From positions 1-64,000 of the forward strand of contig JAKSOL010000007.1 in NCBI GenBank assembly GCA_024405635.1: DNA of 64,000 bases, read 5' to 3'. This DNA comes from Salinivirgaceae bacterium (GTDB taxonomy: Bacteria > Bacteroidota > Bacteroidia > Bacteroidales > SZUA-534). The position numbers were made by a program, and so were the translations under genes. Below the pieces are notes generated by a model. It searched no databases and was not told the origin of the DNA. It saw only the letters and a list, made by a program, of their open reading frames with translations. Of this stretch, positions 50,507-60,940 are shown piece after piece. Positions within the stretch are counted from its first letter, which is position 1. Each line of letters opens with the position of its first letter.

Positions 50507-53203
50507 CTAAAAGTTGTCGTACCAGCTACGGCTCTTGTTGTATTTCAAGTCTTGCAAAACGGCCGATTTTACGTTAATGCTGAAACTATAGCTTTGGCGG
50601 GCTCCAAATGGAACCAATCGAACCGAAGCAACCCAGCAGTGCAAGTCGCGCGATATTGACATACTTGTATGTGTGAATTGTTTTGTGTCGAAATCGAAAC
50701 CTGAATTCAAACCAATTTTCCATTTTGGAGTTAGGCTTAAGTCGCCGTTAAAACTTAATGTTTGGCTAATTTTTTGCGACAAACCTTGGTTGGTGTATGT
50801 CAGGCTATAGTTTAACGACAAGCTCCAAGGCACATTAAAGTAGTCGTACTCGCGCAATTCGTCGCTCACGCCATCGCTGTGGTCTGCATCAATGTTTTTG
50901 GTTTCTTCGTCTTTGTTCTTTTCTGCTCGTTTTTTCGCTATGTCTTTCGAATTGAATTGATAACTGGTTGATAGCGAAGCTCGTGTTATGCGGAAAGGTT
51001 TGCCAGTAACGTCGTATTCAAATTTATCGATGCGCTTGCCCAAGTCGTCAAGTGCATAAAGGTCGCCTGTTGCATTAAAGTTTACGTTCAGTGTTTTAAA
51101 CAATTTTGTGCGGCCTGTCATCGATATGTTGCTCCATTTGAATTGCTCGGCTAGCATATTGTAAGAGGTTGAAAAATTCAACGCATCAAAAATTACCACT
51201 TTGCGAGTTTGTGTTATTGTGTCTTTTAAGTCGCGCACTTTCATTTCAACTCGGTTGCCTAACGAGAACGAGAACGAACTTGTTTTTCCTTTGCCCGGTA
51301 CTCCGTAAACAGCGTTCTTAAATATCGAATAACGCTTGCTAATGTCGTTTGCATAAGCAGGGCAAGGGTCGCTGCGGTAGTATCCAAATTGATTGGTGCT
51401 AAAATCGGGTTTGTAACTATACGATATGCTTGGAGTCATTACGTGGCGCAATGCCAATATCGGTCCAATTTTGTATTGGTACATGCCATACAATGTGGTA
51501 TTTACGCCTAACGATACGCCATACTCGTGCAACCATTTAAACTGATTGTGTTCTACTTCTTTGTAATGGTAGTCGTATACTTTTTTGTTTGCGCTCGATC
51601 TTGCCTCGTTGAGTGTTGAATCGACAAATACTTTTTCGGTGTATTTCCAATACCATCGGCCTGTGTAGTTCACACCAGGCGACACACTTAGGTATTTAAG
51701 CACCTTAAACGATTTGCTTATGGTTGGTTTGTGTTGTGCTCCGTATATAAACTTGTCTTTGGTTGATGGCGCAAACAAACTATCGATGTGTGTTTTTACC
51801 GAATTTTTGAACGATCCTGAGTACGATATGCCAATGTCTTCGTACCAACGTTGTTTGCCAACTGCATTTTTACGTTTAAATGGTTGAATGCGGCGCATCG
51901 ATAGCGACAAATTAGGCAGTGTTAGGCTCAAACTTGAGTCGCGTGTGTTTTGTGTGTGCAACACGTTTATTGATGCATTAAACGGCGAGTTCCAAATACT
52001 ATTCATTTGGTACGATATGCTCGACGATGTGGTGTTGGTTAAGTAATCGGACGACGATGTTGAAACCTTTTTGTTGTACTCGCTGCTCGAAAAGTTTACG
52101 TTGGCGCTAAAGGTTGTGTTTGGTCGGAATTTTGGGTCTTGTGTGTGTGTCCAAGTTAGTTTGTACGATGTTCCTTCGCTGTAGTCGCTTAAGCCTTTTT
52201 CGCCTGTTACGGTTTTGGCGTATGTAAACGACATGTTGCCCGAGAATTTGTATCTCACTTTGTATCGGGTTGTTGAAGTTGCGTTCCACGAGCCTTTTGA
52301 GTAAACGCTACCACGAACAGTAAAATCAAAGTAATCGTTAATGGCCAAATAATAACCACCGTCTGATAGGTAGAAACCACGGTTGCGCTCTTCGCCTACA
52401 CGTGGCATTATAAAGCCCGATGTTCGTTTTTTGGTAATGGGGAAGTAACCAAACGGCAATGCCAATGGAAGCGGTATGTCGGCCATAACCATATATGCGG
52501 GTCCCGACACTATGGCTTTGTCGGGTATAACTTTTCCTTTTGTTAGCATCAGGTAAAAGTGTGGGTCTTCCAACTCGCAAGTAGTGTATTTTCCGTGCAG
52601 AATGTTAATTGAGTTGTCGGCTTCTTTTTTTGTGAGTTGGCTGTGCAAATAGCCATCTTGTTGTTCGCTATATAGGTTTTCAATGTAGCCGCGCTGTGTG
52701 TTTACGTTGTAGGTCAGCGTTTTAGCTTTCATTTCTTCATTTCCTTGTTTAAATACAGGAGCGCCAGTAACGTTGCCAGTGCTATCGGCAACTCCTTCGG
52801 CATACACAATGCCTTGGTCCATATCGGCCTCAATGTATGCGGCGGTAAGGTTAATGTCGTCAAACTGAATTTCGGCATCGCCATAAAGGTAAACCTTGCC
52901 ACCATCGAGCGAAAAAATGGTAGAGTCTTTGGCTGAGGTTGAAATGGTTGATTTGAATAGCGGCTTTTTATTTTTTTGAGCAGAATCGTTGGCTGCAATA
53001 GCAGATTTGCTCGCATCATTAGCTGGTTTTGATTGAAACTCGCTGCGAGTTTCTGTCGTTGCTATGTGCGATGCAGTGTCGGCTTTTGCAGTTGTAGTGT
53101 CTGTTGCCGGTTTATTATTGTTATTTTCAGCAGTTTGTCCCGATGCACTTGTTGCGCACATCAGTAAAACCAACACCGCTGAGAATATTCCTTTTGCTTT
53201 CAA
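50507..53203 (-). CDS. lptD: LPS assembly outer-membrane protein LptD (Bacteroidota type)
   Basis: Signal peptide, OstA-like N-domain (LYGDAEIQF), YTTC..PHFY, beta-barrel, RDLHCW, LQDLKY; divergent from the amidase as is usual. Confidence 0.82.
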   Translation of the reverse strand: MKAKGIFSAVLVLLMCATSASGQTAENNNNKPATDTTTAKADTASHIATTETRSEFQSKPANDASKSAIAANDSAQKNKKPLFKSTISTSAKDSTIFSLDGGKVYLYGDAEIQFDDINLTAAYIEADMDQGIVYAEGVADSTGNVTGAPVFKQGNEEMKAKTLTYNVNTQRGYIENLYSEQQDGYLHSQLTKKEADNSINILHGKYTTCELEDPHFYLMLTKGKVIPDKAIVSGPAYMVMADIPLPLALPFGYFPITKKRTSGFIMPRVGEERNRGFYLSDGGYYLAINDYFDFTVRGSVYSKGSWNATSTTRYKVRYKFSGNMSFTYAKTVTGEKGLSDYSEGTSYKLTWTHTQDPKFRPNTTFSANVNFSSSEYNKKVSTSSSDYLTNTTSSSISYQMNSIWNSPFNASINVLHTQNTRDSSLSLTLPNLSLSMRRIQPFKRKNAVGKQRWYEDIGISYSGSFKNSVKTHIDSLFAPSTKDKFIYGAQHKPTISKSFKVLKYLSVSPGVNYTGRWYWKYTEKVFVDSTLNEARSSANKKVYDYHYKEVEHNQFKWLHEYGVSLGVNTTLYGMYQYKIGPILALRHVMTPSISYSYKPDFSTNQFGYYRSDPCPAYANDISKRYSIFKNAVYGVPGKGKTSSFSFSLGNRVEMKVRDLKDTITQTRKVVIFDALNFSTSYNMLAEQFKWSNISMTGRTKLFKTLNVNFNATGDLYALDDLGKRIDKFEYDVTGKPFRITRASLSTSYQFNSKDIAKKRAEKNKDEETKNIDADHSDGVSDELREYDYFNVPWSLSLNYSLTYTNQGLSQKISQTLSFNGDLSLTPKWKIGLNSGFDFDTKQFTHTSMSISRDLHCWVASVRLVPFGARQSYSFSINVKSAVLQDLKYNKSRSWYDNF

Positions 53204-53290
53204 ATCAAATAGATTGTACTACTTTTGTTAACCAAAAAATGGCAAAAAAATTGCCGTCAAAACTAATCAAAATTAAAGAGCCATTAAAGC

Positions 53291-54541
53291 ATGAATAAAA
53301 AAATAGCAACTTTGCTGATATTCTTTAATATAGCCACTTTTGGCAACTGTGTTTCGGCTCAGCAAAATGCGTCGGCACAACATTTGGTGGTGCTCGATGC
53401 TGGCCATGGTGGCCACGACACTGGTGCTATTGGTAAAAACAGCCGCGAAAAAGATATTGTTCTTGCCATTACGCTTAAAGTGGGCGAGTACATTACCCAA
53501 AACGTACCTAACGTTAAGGTTATGTACACTCGCAAAACCGACGAGTTTATTGCTCTTGATGAGCGTGCTAACATTGCCAATCGTAACAATGCTGACTTGT
53601 TTGTGTCTATTCACGCCAACTCAAACAAAAGCAACAAACCTTTTGGTACCGAAACTTTTGCAATGGGTTTGCATAAGTCGCAAGGCAACCTCGATGTGGC
53701 TCAAAAAGAGAACTCGGTTATTGTAATGGAGGACGATTACAACACTAAGTACGAGGGTTTTGACCCATCGTCGGCCGAATCGTACATCATCTTTTCGCTA
53801 ATGCAAAACGTGTTTCTTGATAAAAGTTTGTCGCTTGCTAAACAGGTGCAAGACGAGTTTCGCGACCGCGCCCGTCGTACCGACCGAGGTGTAAAACAAG
53901 CAGGTTTCTTGGTGCTTTGGCACACCAAAATGCCTAGCATACTCATCGAAACTGGTTTTATTTCTAATCCCGAAGAGGAAAAGTTCATTAGTTCAACTAA
54001 CGGACAAGATTTGCTTGCATCGGCTATTTATCGTGCTATTAAAAACTACTTTGCCGAAATTGACAAGGACGAAGATTTGATGCGCCAAACCAAACCGCAA
54101 GCTTCTGAAACTAAAAAAGAGGATAAAAAGACCGACAAAAAACCAGCAAACGAGCAACCTAAATCTGAGGCAAAACCTGAACCTAAAGTTGAACCTAAAC
54201 CTCAGCCAAAAACTGAACAAACAACCGCTCCTTCGGCTCAAAAAACGCAACCTCAAGCGCCAAAAACAGTAGCCGAGGCTCACAACATTTGCTACCGTGT
54301 GCAAGTTGCTACTTCAAACTCAAAACTCGACGCTAAAGCTAAGCAGTTTGCGGGTTTTAGCAATGTTTACGAGTTTTGCGAAGGAGGTAAGTATAAATAC
54401 ACGGTTGGTAAATTCGCAACCATTGCCGAGGCTAAAAAGTATCAGCAACAGGTTCGCGCAAAATATCCCGATGCTTTTGTCGTTGCTTTTGATGGTGATA
54501 AGAAAATATCGGTGTCTGAAGCACAAAAACTTGAAAAATAA
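53291..54541 (+). CDS. N-acetylmuramoyl-L-alanine amidase (Amidase_3) with C-terminal SPOR-like domain
   Basis: LDAGHGGHD, SIHAN, MPSILIETGFISN; KP/E-rich linker; YRVQV...YKYTVG...PDAFVVAF. Confidence 0.92.
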   Translation: MNKKIATLLIFFNIATFGNCVSAQQNASAQHLVVLDAGHGGHDTGAIGKNSREKDIVLAITLKVGEYITQNVPNVKVMYTRKTDEFIALDERANIANRNNADLFVSIHANSNKSNKPFGTETFAMGLHKSQGNLDVAQKENSVIVMEDDYNTKYEGFDPSSAESYIIFSLMQNVFLDKSLSLAKQVQDEFRDRARRTDRGVKQAGFLVLWHTKMPSILIETGFISNPEEEKFISSTNGQDLLASAIYRAIKNYFAEIDKDEDLMRQTKPQASETKKEDKKTDKKPANEQPKSEAKPEPKVEPKPQPKTEQTTAPSAQKTQPQAPKTVAEAHNICYRVQVATSNSKLDAKAKQFAGFSNVYEFCEGGKYKYTVGKFATIAEAKKYQQQVRAKYPDAFVVAFDGDKKISVSEAQKLEK

Positions 54542-54547
54542 ACTGAC

Positions 54548-55780
54548 GTGAAAAGTCGCATTTTAACAATAACTGGCCTACTTGCGTTTGTTGCAATTGT
54601 AGGAGCCTACGTAGGCATTAATTACTTGAAAGGTTTAAGTGTGTTTAGTCATGCAAACACTTATGTTGTATCGTACTCGCGCATCGACGGTTTGCAAAAA
54701 TCGGCTCATGTGGTGGTCAATGGTTTTCAAATTGGTAACGTAAGCAACGTTTATCTCGATCCCGACCATTCGGGCAACATTACTGTTGAACTTACTGTAA
54801 ATCAACAATACACCATTCCTAAAGCGTCAACTGCAAAAATCTACAGTAGCGACCTTATGGGCACCAAAGCTATTGAGATTATTTATAGCACCGACACTGC
54901 AATGATGCAAAACGGCGACACCTTACGTGCCGACTTTGAAGGCAGCCTTACCGAAATGGTTAGCGTGCAAATGCTTCCACTTAAAAACAAAGCCGAAGAT
55001 TTGATTAAAGAAATGCAAGAGGTAATGGCTATCATTTCGTACATTTTTAATTCCGAAACTCGACAAAACATTACCGAAAGCTTTAGTCACATTAGAGCTA
55101 CAATTGCTCATCTCGAAATGTCGTCAATTGCTCTCGATACCATCGTTTCGGGTCAGCAACGTCGCATCAATCGCATTATGTCAAACGTTGAGCAACTTGC
55201 GCAAACTTTGGGCAACCAATCGGACAATATCAACCAATCGTTGCAAAACATTGCAGGCATCACTTCCGATTTAAACAACGCCGATTTGCAAGGTTTGTTA
55301 TTGTCAATCGACACTGTTGCTCAGTCGCTTAAAACGGTGCTTGCTACTGTTGAGCAAGGGCAGGGCACTGTTGGTAAACTTATGGCCAACGATACACTTT
55401 ACTACAACATTCAGAACCTTTGTGCTAGCTTAAACAATCTTACCGACGACCTTTATGCTAATCCGGGCAAATACATCAATGTGTCGATGATTGGTAAAAG
55501 CAAAAGCACCGTTGTCGCTCCCGACCAAACGCCTATTGAGGGCAACTCTTATTATCGAATTTGCTTAATGTCATCGCGCACCGAATTGCAAACTACCGAC
55601 AAGGTTTTTGCTGGTTACAATGTGGTTCGTTATGCTACAAACGGCACTTATCACTATTTGTATGGCAACTACAAAAAGCAAAACAAAGCTTCCGACGATT
55701 TGGCTGAAATAAAAGCTAAGTTCCCTCAAGCTTGCCTTGTTGAAATGCGAGGTGGCTTTATTGTCGAATTCTTGAAGTAG
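54548..55780 (+). CDS. MlaD/MCE family protein with helical region and extra C-terminal SPOR-like domain
   Basis: N-terminal TM; IDGLQKSAHVVVNGFQIGNV, SDLMGTKAI, GTVGKLM, DLYANPGKY, then about 75 additional residues. Confidence 0.85.
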   Translation: MKSRILTITGLLAFVAIVGAYVGINYLKGLSVFSHANTYVVSYSRIDGLQKSAHVVVNGFQIGNVSNVYLDPDHSGNITVELTVNQQYTIPKASTAKIYSSDLMGTKAIEIIYSTDTAMMQNGDTLRADFEGSLTEMVSVQMLPLKNKAEDLIKEMQEVMAIISYIFNSETRQNITESFSHIRATIAHLEMSSIALDTIVSGQQRRINRIMSNVEQLAQTLGNQSDNINQSLQNIAGITSDLNNADLQGLLLSIDTVAQSLKTVLATVEQGQGTVGKLMANDTLYYNIQNLCASLNNLTDDLYANPGKYINVSMIGKSKSTVVAPDQTPIEGNSYYRICLMSSRTELQTTDKVFAGYNVVRYATNGTYHYLYGNYKKQNKASDDLAEIKAKFPQACLVEMRGGFIVEFLK

Positions 55781-55831
55781 TTTTTGCTTGTTGGCTCAAA
55801 ACCTTGAGTCTTTGTATTTTGGTTTATACAC

Positions 55832-55867
55832 AAAAAAAAGCCGGCAACTTAAAAGTGTCGGCTTTTT
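55832..55867. terminator. Bidirectional intrinsic terminator
   Basis: aaaaagccggca/tgtcggcttttt between convergent genes. Confidence 0.75.
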
Positions 55868-55907
55868 CAACTAATAAACATTTATGAAGTGATTCGGCTA
55901 TCAAGTG

Positions 55908-56627
55908 TTAAATAGAGCGCTTTTCAACAAATTCGTTAAAAATGTCTTTGTACTTGTCGGCAACAATAATCATTTCACCGTTAATAACCACGTGGTTGCG
56001 TTCAATGGCTTCAATGGCATTAAGCGCAATGATAAACGAGCGGTGAATGCGCATAAAACGGTCGGCAGGTAAATTCTCCTCAAGCGTTTTAAGGCTCATA
56101 AGCGTAAGCAACGGGCGTTGGCGCGATTTGGTCCAAACCTTAACATAATCTTTCAAACCCTCAAAGTAATACACATCGTCAAAGTCGATGCGAATTTGTT
56201 TGTAGTCCGATTTTATAAAAATGTAGTCGGCTGCAACTTGAGGTTTTTCGTCGGCTTGTTTTACTAATTTAAACCATTCAAGAGCTTTGTTTGCTGCGGT
56301 AAGAAACTCGTTGTAGTCAAACGGCTTAAGAAGGTAGTCAAGAGCATCAACCTTAAACCCGTCAACGGCATATTTGTCGTAAGCAGTAGTAAAAATGATG
56401 CGGCAGTTTTTGTTAATTAGCATTTTCGACATTTCCATACCAGTTAAACCAGGCATTTGAATGTCAAGAAAAAGCAAATCAACTTGGTTTTGGTTAACAA
56501 AGTTAAGCGCATCCAAACCGTTGCTGAATTTGCCTTTTAGTTCCAAAAACGCAGTTTTGTTAACATAGTCTTCAATCAAGTCGAGCGCCATTGGCTCGTC
56601 GTCGGCAATGATGCAAGTAATGTTCAT
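55908..56627 (-). CDS. LytTR family response regulator
   Basis: DDEP, FLDIQMP, FTTAY, DYLLKP; C-terminal FMRIHRSFII. Confidence 0.93.
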   Translation of the reverse strand: MNITCIIADDEPMALDLIEDYVNKTAFLELKGKFSNGLDALNFVNQNQVDLLFLDIQMPGLTGMEMSKMLINKNCRIIFTTAYDKYAVDGFKVDALDYLLKPFDYNEFLTAANKALEWFKLVKQADEKPQVAADYIFIKSDYKQIRIDFDDVYYFEGLKDYVKVWTKSRQRPLLTLMSLKTLEENLPADRFMRIHRSFIIALNAIEAIERNHVVINGEMIIVADKYKDIFNEFVEKRSI

Positions 56628-56630
56628 AAT

Positions 56631-57656
56631 CTACACTGTTTCAATTGATAAATATGCGTGGTAGCAATCGTTTTCAATATAAGTCTTAAACTCGTGCTTG
56701 TTTGGATAAAGCAACAAAAGTTGTTTGCTAAGGTTTTCAATTCCTATCGATGCCTTTTCGGTAAGGTCGGCACTCTCTTGTTTAACGTATGGGTTTTTTG
56801 ATGTAAAGGTTATTCTTGTTCCTTCAATGCTAATGTTAAATATGAGTTGCGATTTGCCTTGAGGCAATATTCCATGTTTAAACGAGTTCTCAATAAGCGA
56901 AATAAACATAAGCGGTGCAACTGTAATGCCGTTGGTCGAAGATGGAAAGTTTACTTCAACTTCGGTGTGGGCAGCTGTACGCAGTTTCATTAAGTCGATG
57001 TATTTGCTCATAAAGTCAATTTCTTTGCTAAACTCAACGCGTTCTGAGTTGGTTTCGTAAAGCAAATAGCGCATCAGTTTACTCAAACTAATTAGGGTTT
57101 CTTTGGCCTTTTCGGGCGAACGGTCAACTAACGAGTAAATGTTGTTGAGCGAATTGAAGAAAAAGTGGGGTTGTAGTTGGTATTTAAGGTGTTGCAGTTC
57201 TGACATAAGACGTTTGTTGTCGTTGTCGCGCTGTATTTGTTCCATGTTCTGTAGCCGCGAGTAAGTGCGTATAGCTAAAGCTATAAACAATGGCATAAGC
57301 AACGATATTGCGTTAAAGTAGAACATGTACGAGTTAAACATTGGCCTGTCCATTCCTGGATGGAAAATGTAGTGGCGCAGAATGCTCATTAAGTACGAGC
57401 ATGCAAACAATGCGGCAATGTTTATTATTACAAATAATATCTTCTTGTTGTTAAAGAAAAACTTTTTGATGAAGTAGAAGTAGTTGACATAAAACACTAC
57501 GGCATAAAAAGCAGTGTTAATCCACGAGTGTTCAATTAAAGCTCGCCACCTAAAAGGTTGTGCGCCGCCTAACATAAACATTGCTGGTATGCCTAACATT
57601 GCAATCCACACTAGCAAGTGGCTAATAATAATGGTTGGAGTTCCTGGTTTATTCAT
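56631..57656 (-). CDS. LytS/YehU-type sensor histidine kinase
   Basis: Four TM segments; QLQPHFFFNSLNNIY, LIENSFKHG, IGIENL. Confidence 0.92.
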   Translation of the reverse strand: MNKPGTPTIIISHLLVWIAMLGIPAMFMLGGAQPFRWRALIEHSWINTAFYAVVFYVNYFYFIKKFFFNNKKILFVIINIAALFACSYLMSILRHYIFHPGMDRPMFNSYMFYFNAISLLMPLFIALAIRTYSRLQNMEQIQRDNDNKRLMSELQHLKYQLQPHFFFNSLNNIYSLVDRSPEKAKETLISLSKLMRYLLYETNSERVEFSKEIDFMSKYIDLMKLRTAAHTEVEVNFPSSTNGITVAPLMFISLIENSFKHGILPQGKSQLIFNISIEGTRITFTSKNPYVKQESADLTEKASIGIENLSKQLLLLYPNKHEFKTYIENDCYHAYLSIETV

Positions 57657-57881
57657 ATTTCTTATTATAACAAACGTACGAATGTATTGGTTTGCTATTA
57701 GTTGTCCTAAAAATATAGAAGTTTGGGCAAAATTGAACTATAAAATGGCTGAATGTGTTGCACATTTTTAATGTTGCTTTGTTCCAAAACTAAAGTTTTT
57801 GAATGGGTTTAGAATAATGTAACCTTGCAACTAAATAATTGATATTGGTAAAATATTGTTGGATTTTATTGAAAAAGTTGC

Positions 57882-57909
57882 ATAAAAGTAAAATGTACTT
57901 TTATATTTG
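57882..57909 (+). promoter_or_regulatory. Perfect 9-5-9 palindrome (ataaaagta-aaatg-tacttttat) overlapping a TAtaTTTG -7 element; candidate NrtR operator
   Basis: 57882-57890 and 57896-57904 are exact inverted repeats; tatatttg at 57902-57909. Confidence 0.7.
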
Positions 57910-57995
57910 TAGTAGCACATTAAAGATGTGTGGCTATAAATATAAACGATTGATAATTAAATAAATAGGGTAAAAATAAAAGGCCCATTTACATA

Positions 57996-58685
57996 ATGAG
58001 AACATCAGAAGAATACGAAATGCAAGAACGTCAGTTGGTGTCAATTGACTGCGCAATATTCGGCTATCACGAGGGCGAACTTAAACTATTGCTTTTTCAT
58101 CGCGAAAAGGAACCTATGATTGGGCATTGGTCGTTGGTTGGTGGCTGGGTTAATGGCAACGAGTCGGTTGACGATGCTGCGCAACGTGTTTTGCAACGCA
58201 TAACAGGCCTTAACCACATATTTATGGAGCAAGTGTCGGTTTTTTCTGATCCACAGCGCGATTCGGGTGGCCGCGTAATAAGCGTGTTGTTTTACTCGCT
58301 TATTGTGCTAAACGAGCAAACAATGGCTTTGTCAAACGAGTTTAATGCTCAATGGTGTTCGGTAAACGATTTGCCACAACTTATTTTTGACCATAACCAA
58401 ATGGTTGACCAAGCATTGGCTAAATTGCAGCAAAAGGCAAGTTACTCGCTAATTGGTCGCGAATTGTTGCCTCAAAACTTTACTATAACTCAGTTGCGCA
58501 GTCTTTACGATTCTATTTTCAATAGAACTTTCGATCCGGGCAATTTTCGTAAAAAAGTTTTGTCGCTTGGTGTGTTGCAACGTCTTGATACAAAAGATAA
58601 TAGCGAGTCGCGTAAAGGCGCTTATTACTATTGTTTCAACAATAACATTATTCCTGAATTATCTGGAAACATAATAAAACTATAA
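57996..58685 (+). CDS. NrtR-family transcriptional regulator (Nudix + winged HTH)
   Basis: VSIDCAIFG, WSLVGGW, degenerate Nudix box, DPQRD, LIFDHNQMV, FTITQLR, DPGNFRKK. Confidence 0.88.
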   Translation: MRTSEEYEMQERQLVSIDCAIFGYHEGELKLLLFHREKEPMIGHWSLVGGWVNGNESVDDAAQRVLQRITGLNHIFMEQVSVFSDPQRDSGGRVISVLFYSLIVLNEQTMALSNEFNAQWCSVNDLPQLIFDHNQMVDQALAKLQQKASYSLIGRELLPQNFTITQLRSLYDSIFNRTFDPGNFRKKVLSLGVLQRLDTKDNSESRKGAYYYCFNNNIIPELSGNIIKL

Positions 58686-58697
58686 ATCTGCATAAAT

Positions 58698-59837
58698 ATG
58701 GGCATACAACAGAAATTTGTTGAGTTATTTGGTTCAGAACCAGTAATGTTTGAGGCTCCTGGTCGTGTTAATCTTATAGGCGAGCATACTGATTATAACG
58801 AGGGTTTTGTTCTTCCTGCGGCAGTTGACAAGGCTATAAAGTTTGCAATAAAACCAAACTCTGTAGGTAAATATCGCTTTTATGCTTTTGATTTAAATGA
58901 GTCGTTTGAAACGGCTGATAACCAAATACATAAAAGTAATACTGCGTGGGCAAATTATTTACTTGGTGTTATTGCTCAATTTGAAAAAGATGGAAACATG
59001 GTTCCCGCATTTGATTGCGTGTTTGGAGGCAACGTACCATTGGGAGCAGGCATGTCATCGTCGGCAGCCATTGAGGTTGGTATGGCGTTTGCCATTGATG
59101 TTACTTTTGGTTTTGGATACAACCGTTTACAACTTGTAAAATTCGCCCAAGAGGCTGAGCATGAGTATGCTGGTGTTAATTGCGGTATCATGGATCAATT
59201 TGCATCAATGTTTGGCAAAGCAGGACACGTAATAAAACTTGATTGCCGAAGCCTTGAATATCGCCATTTCCCTCTCGATATGTCGAAATATATGCTAGTG
59301 TTGGTAAACACAGGTGTAAAGCATTCGCTTGCTTCGAGCGAGTACAATAAACGCCGAGACGAGTGCGAAACTGGCGTGTCGGTTATTGCAAAGCATTATG
59401 CTAATATTAAGTCGCTACGCGATGTTACACTTGATATGCTTAATGACCATAAAGCCGAAATGGGCGATGTGGTTTACAAACGTTGCTCGTATATTGTTGA
59501 GGAAAATGCAAGACTTGAGGCCGGTTGTGAAGCTTTGAGTAGAGGAAATTTTGAAGAATTTGGTCGCTGTATGTTTGGTTCGCATGCGGGTTTACGCGAT
59601 AAATACGAGGTTAGTTGCTCTGAACTTGACACGTTGGTTGAAATTGCAAGCAAATCGGCAGGTGTACTTGGTTCGCGCATGATGGGCGGAGGCTTTGGTG
59701 GTTGCACCATTACACTGATTAACAAGAAAAATGTTGCTGAATTTGAAGCCACAGTTCGTTCGCAGTATCAAACTCCCGATGGCAAACAACCTGATATTTT
59801 TGAAGTTGTGATTGCTGATGGTGCACATCTTATTTAA
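58698..59837 (+). CDS. galK: Galactokinase
   Basis: APGRVNLIGEHTDYNEG, PLGAGMSSSAA, CGIMDQ, GSRMMGGGFGGC. Confidence 0.95.
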   Translation: MGIQQKFVELFGSEPVMFEAPGRVNLIGEHTDYNEGFVLPAAVDKAIKFAIKPNSVGKYRFYAFDLNESFETADNQIHKSNTAWANYLLGVIAQFEKDGNMVPAFDCVFGGNVPLGAGMSSSAAIEVGMAFAIDVTFGFGYNRLQLVKFAQEAEHEYAGVNCGIMDQFASMFGKAGHVIKLDCRSLEYRHFPLDMSKYMLVLVNTGVKHSLASSEYNKRRDECETGVSVIAKHYANIKSLRDVTLDMLNDHKAEMGDVVYKRCSYIVEENARLEAGCEALSRGNFEEFGRCMFGSHAGLRDKYEVSCSELDTLVEIASKSAGVLGSRMMGGGFGGCTITLINKKNVAEFEATVRSQYQTPDGKQPDIFEVVIADGAHLI

Positions 59838-59867
59838 TTGTTAATTAGCATTTTATAACATTTTGAA

Positions 59868-60905
59868 ATGGATTTTACCGAAACAACACACCGTCGATTC
59901 AATCAGCTAAACGGCGAATGGGTATTAGTGTCGCCACATCGTGCAAAACGACCATGGCTGGGGCAAGTTGAAAAAACTACACCCGATAATCGTCCGTCGT
60001 ACGATCCTAAATGCTATTTGTGCCCAGGTAACACTCGCTCAGAAGGTGCAGTTAACGACAATTATACTAGTACATACGTTTTTACTAACGATTTTAGTGC
60101 TTTGTTGCCAAATTCTGAAACGGGCGTTTACAAAGACAATTTGTTGTTGGCCGAAGCTGAACGTGGCATTTGCAAGGTTATTTGCTTCTCGCCCAATCAT
60201 AGCCTTACTGTTCCCGAAATGACAGTTGAAGCCATTGCGCATGTTATTCAAGTGTGGATTGAGCAATTTAAGGAACTGGGCTCGATGAATTTTATCAATC
60301 ACATTCAAATTTTTGAAAACAAAGGCAGCATAATGGGGTGCAGCAACCCGCATCCACATGGCCAAATTTGGGCGCAATCAACTGTGCCAGTTGAAGTTAG
60401 CAAAGAGCAAGCACACCAACAGGCTTATTTTGATGCAAATGGCCGCACTTTGCTCGAAGATTATGTGGCACTTGAACTTGAAAAACGCGAGCGCATTGTG
60501 GTTGAAAACGACACTTTTGTTGCTTTAGTACCTTTTTGGGCAACTTGGCCATTCGAAACAATGATTCTTCCAAAGCGAGCAGTGCAAAATATTACTCAAC
60601 TAACTGATAAAGAACAAGTTGATTTTGCCGATTGTTACAAACGCTTGACCGTAAAATACGATAACCTTTTTGAGGTCTCGTTCCCGTATTCGGCAGGTGT
60701 GCATCAAGCTCCAACCGATGGCGCTAATCATCCAGAGTGGCATTTGCACATGCATTTTTATCCACCATTGTTGCGATCGGCTACCGTTAAAAAATTTATG
60801 GTAGGATATGAGATGATGGCAAATGCTCAACGTGATTTAACTGCCGAACAAGCAGCTGCTAGGTTGAAAGATTTGTCAGAAGTGCATTATAAACAAAAAA
60901 TGTAG
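59868..60905 (+). CDS. galT: Galactose-1-phosphate uridylyltransferase
   Basis: [40 protein letters not shown]. Confidence 0.96.
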   Translation: MDFTETTHRRFNQLNGEWVLVSPHRAKRPWLGQVEKTTPDNRPSYDPKCYLCPGNTRSEGAVNDNYTSTYVFTNDFSALLPNSETGVYKDNLLLAEAERGICKVICFSPNHSLTVPEMTVEAIAHVIQVWIEQFKELGSMNFINHIQIFENKGSIMGCSNPHPHGQIWAQSTVPVEVSKEQAHQQAYFDANGRTLLEDYVALELEKRERIVVENDTFVALVPFWATWPFETMILPKRAVQNITQLTDKEQVDFADCYKRLTVKYDNLFEVSFPYSAGVHQAPTDGANHPEWHLHMHFYPPLLRSATVKKFMVGYEMMANAQRDLTAEQAAARLKDLSEVHYKQKM

Positions 60906-60940
60906 ATAATCTTGGTTATATAATTAAAAATCAATATAAT

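Noticed and set aside
54090-54280. Low-complexity K/P/E/Q repeat region in the amidase
   Set aside because: It is an ordinary flexible linker between the catalytic and SPOR-like domains.
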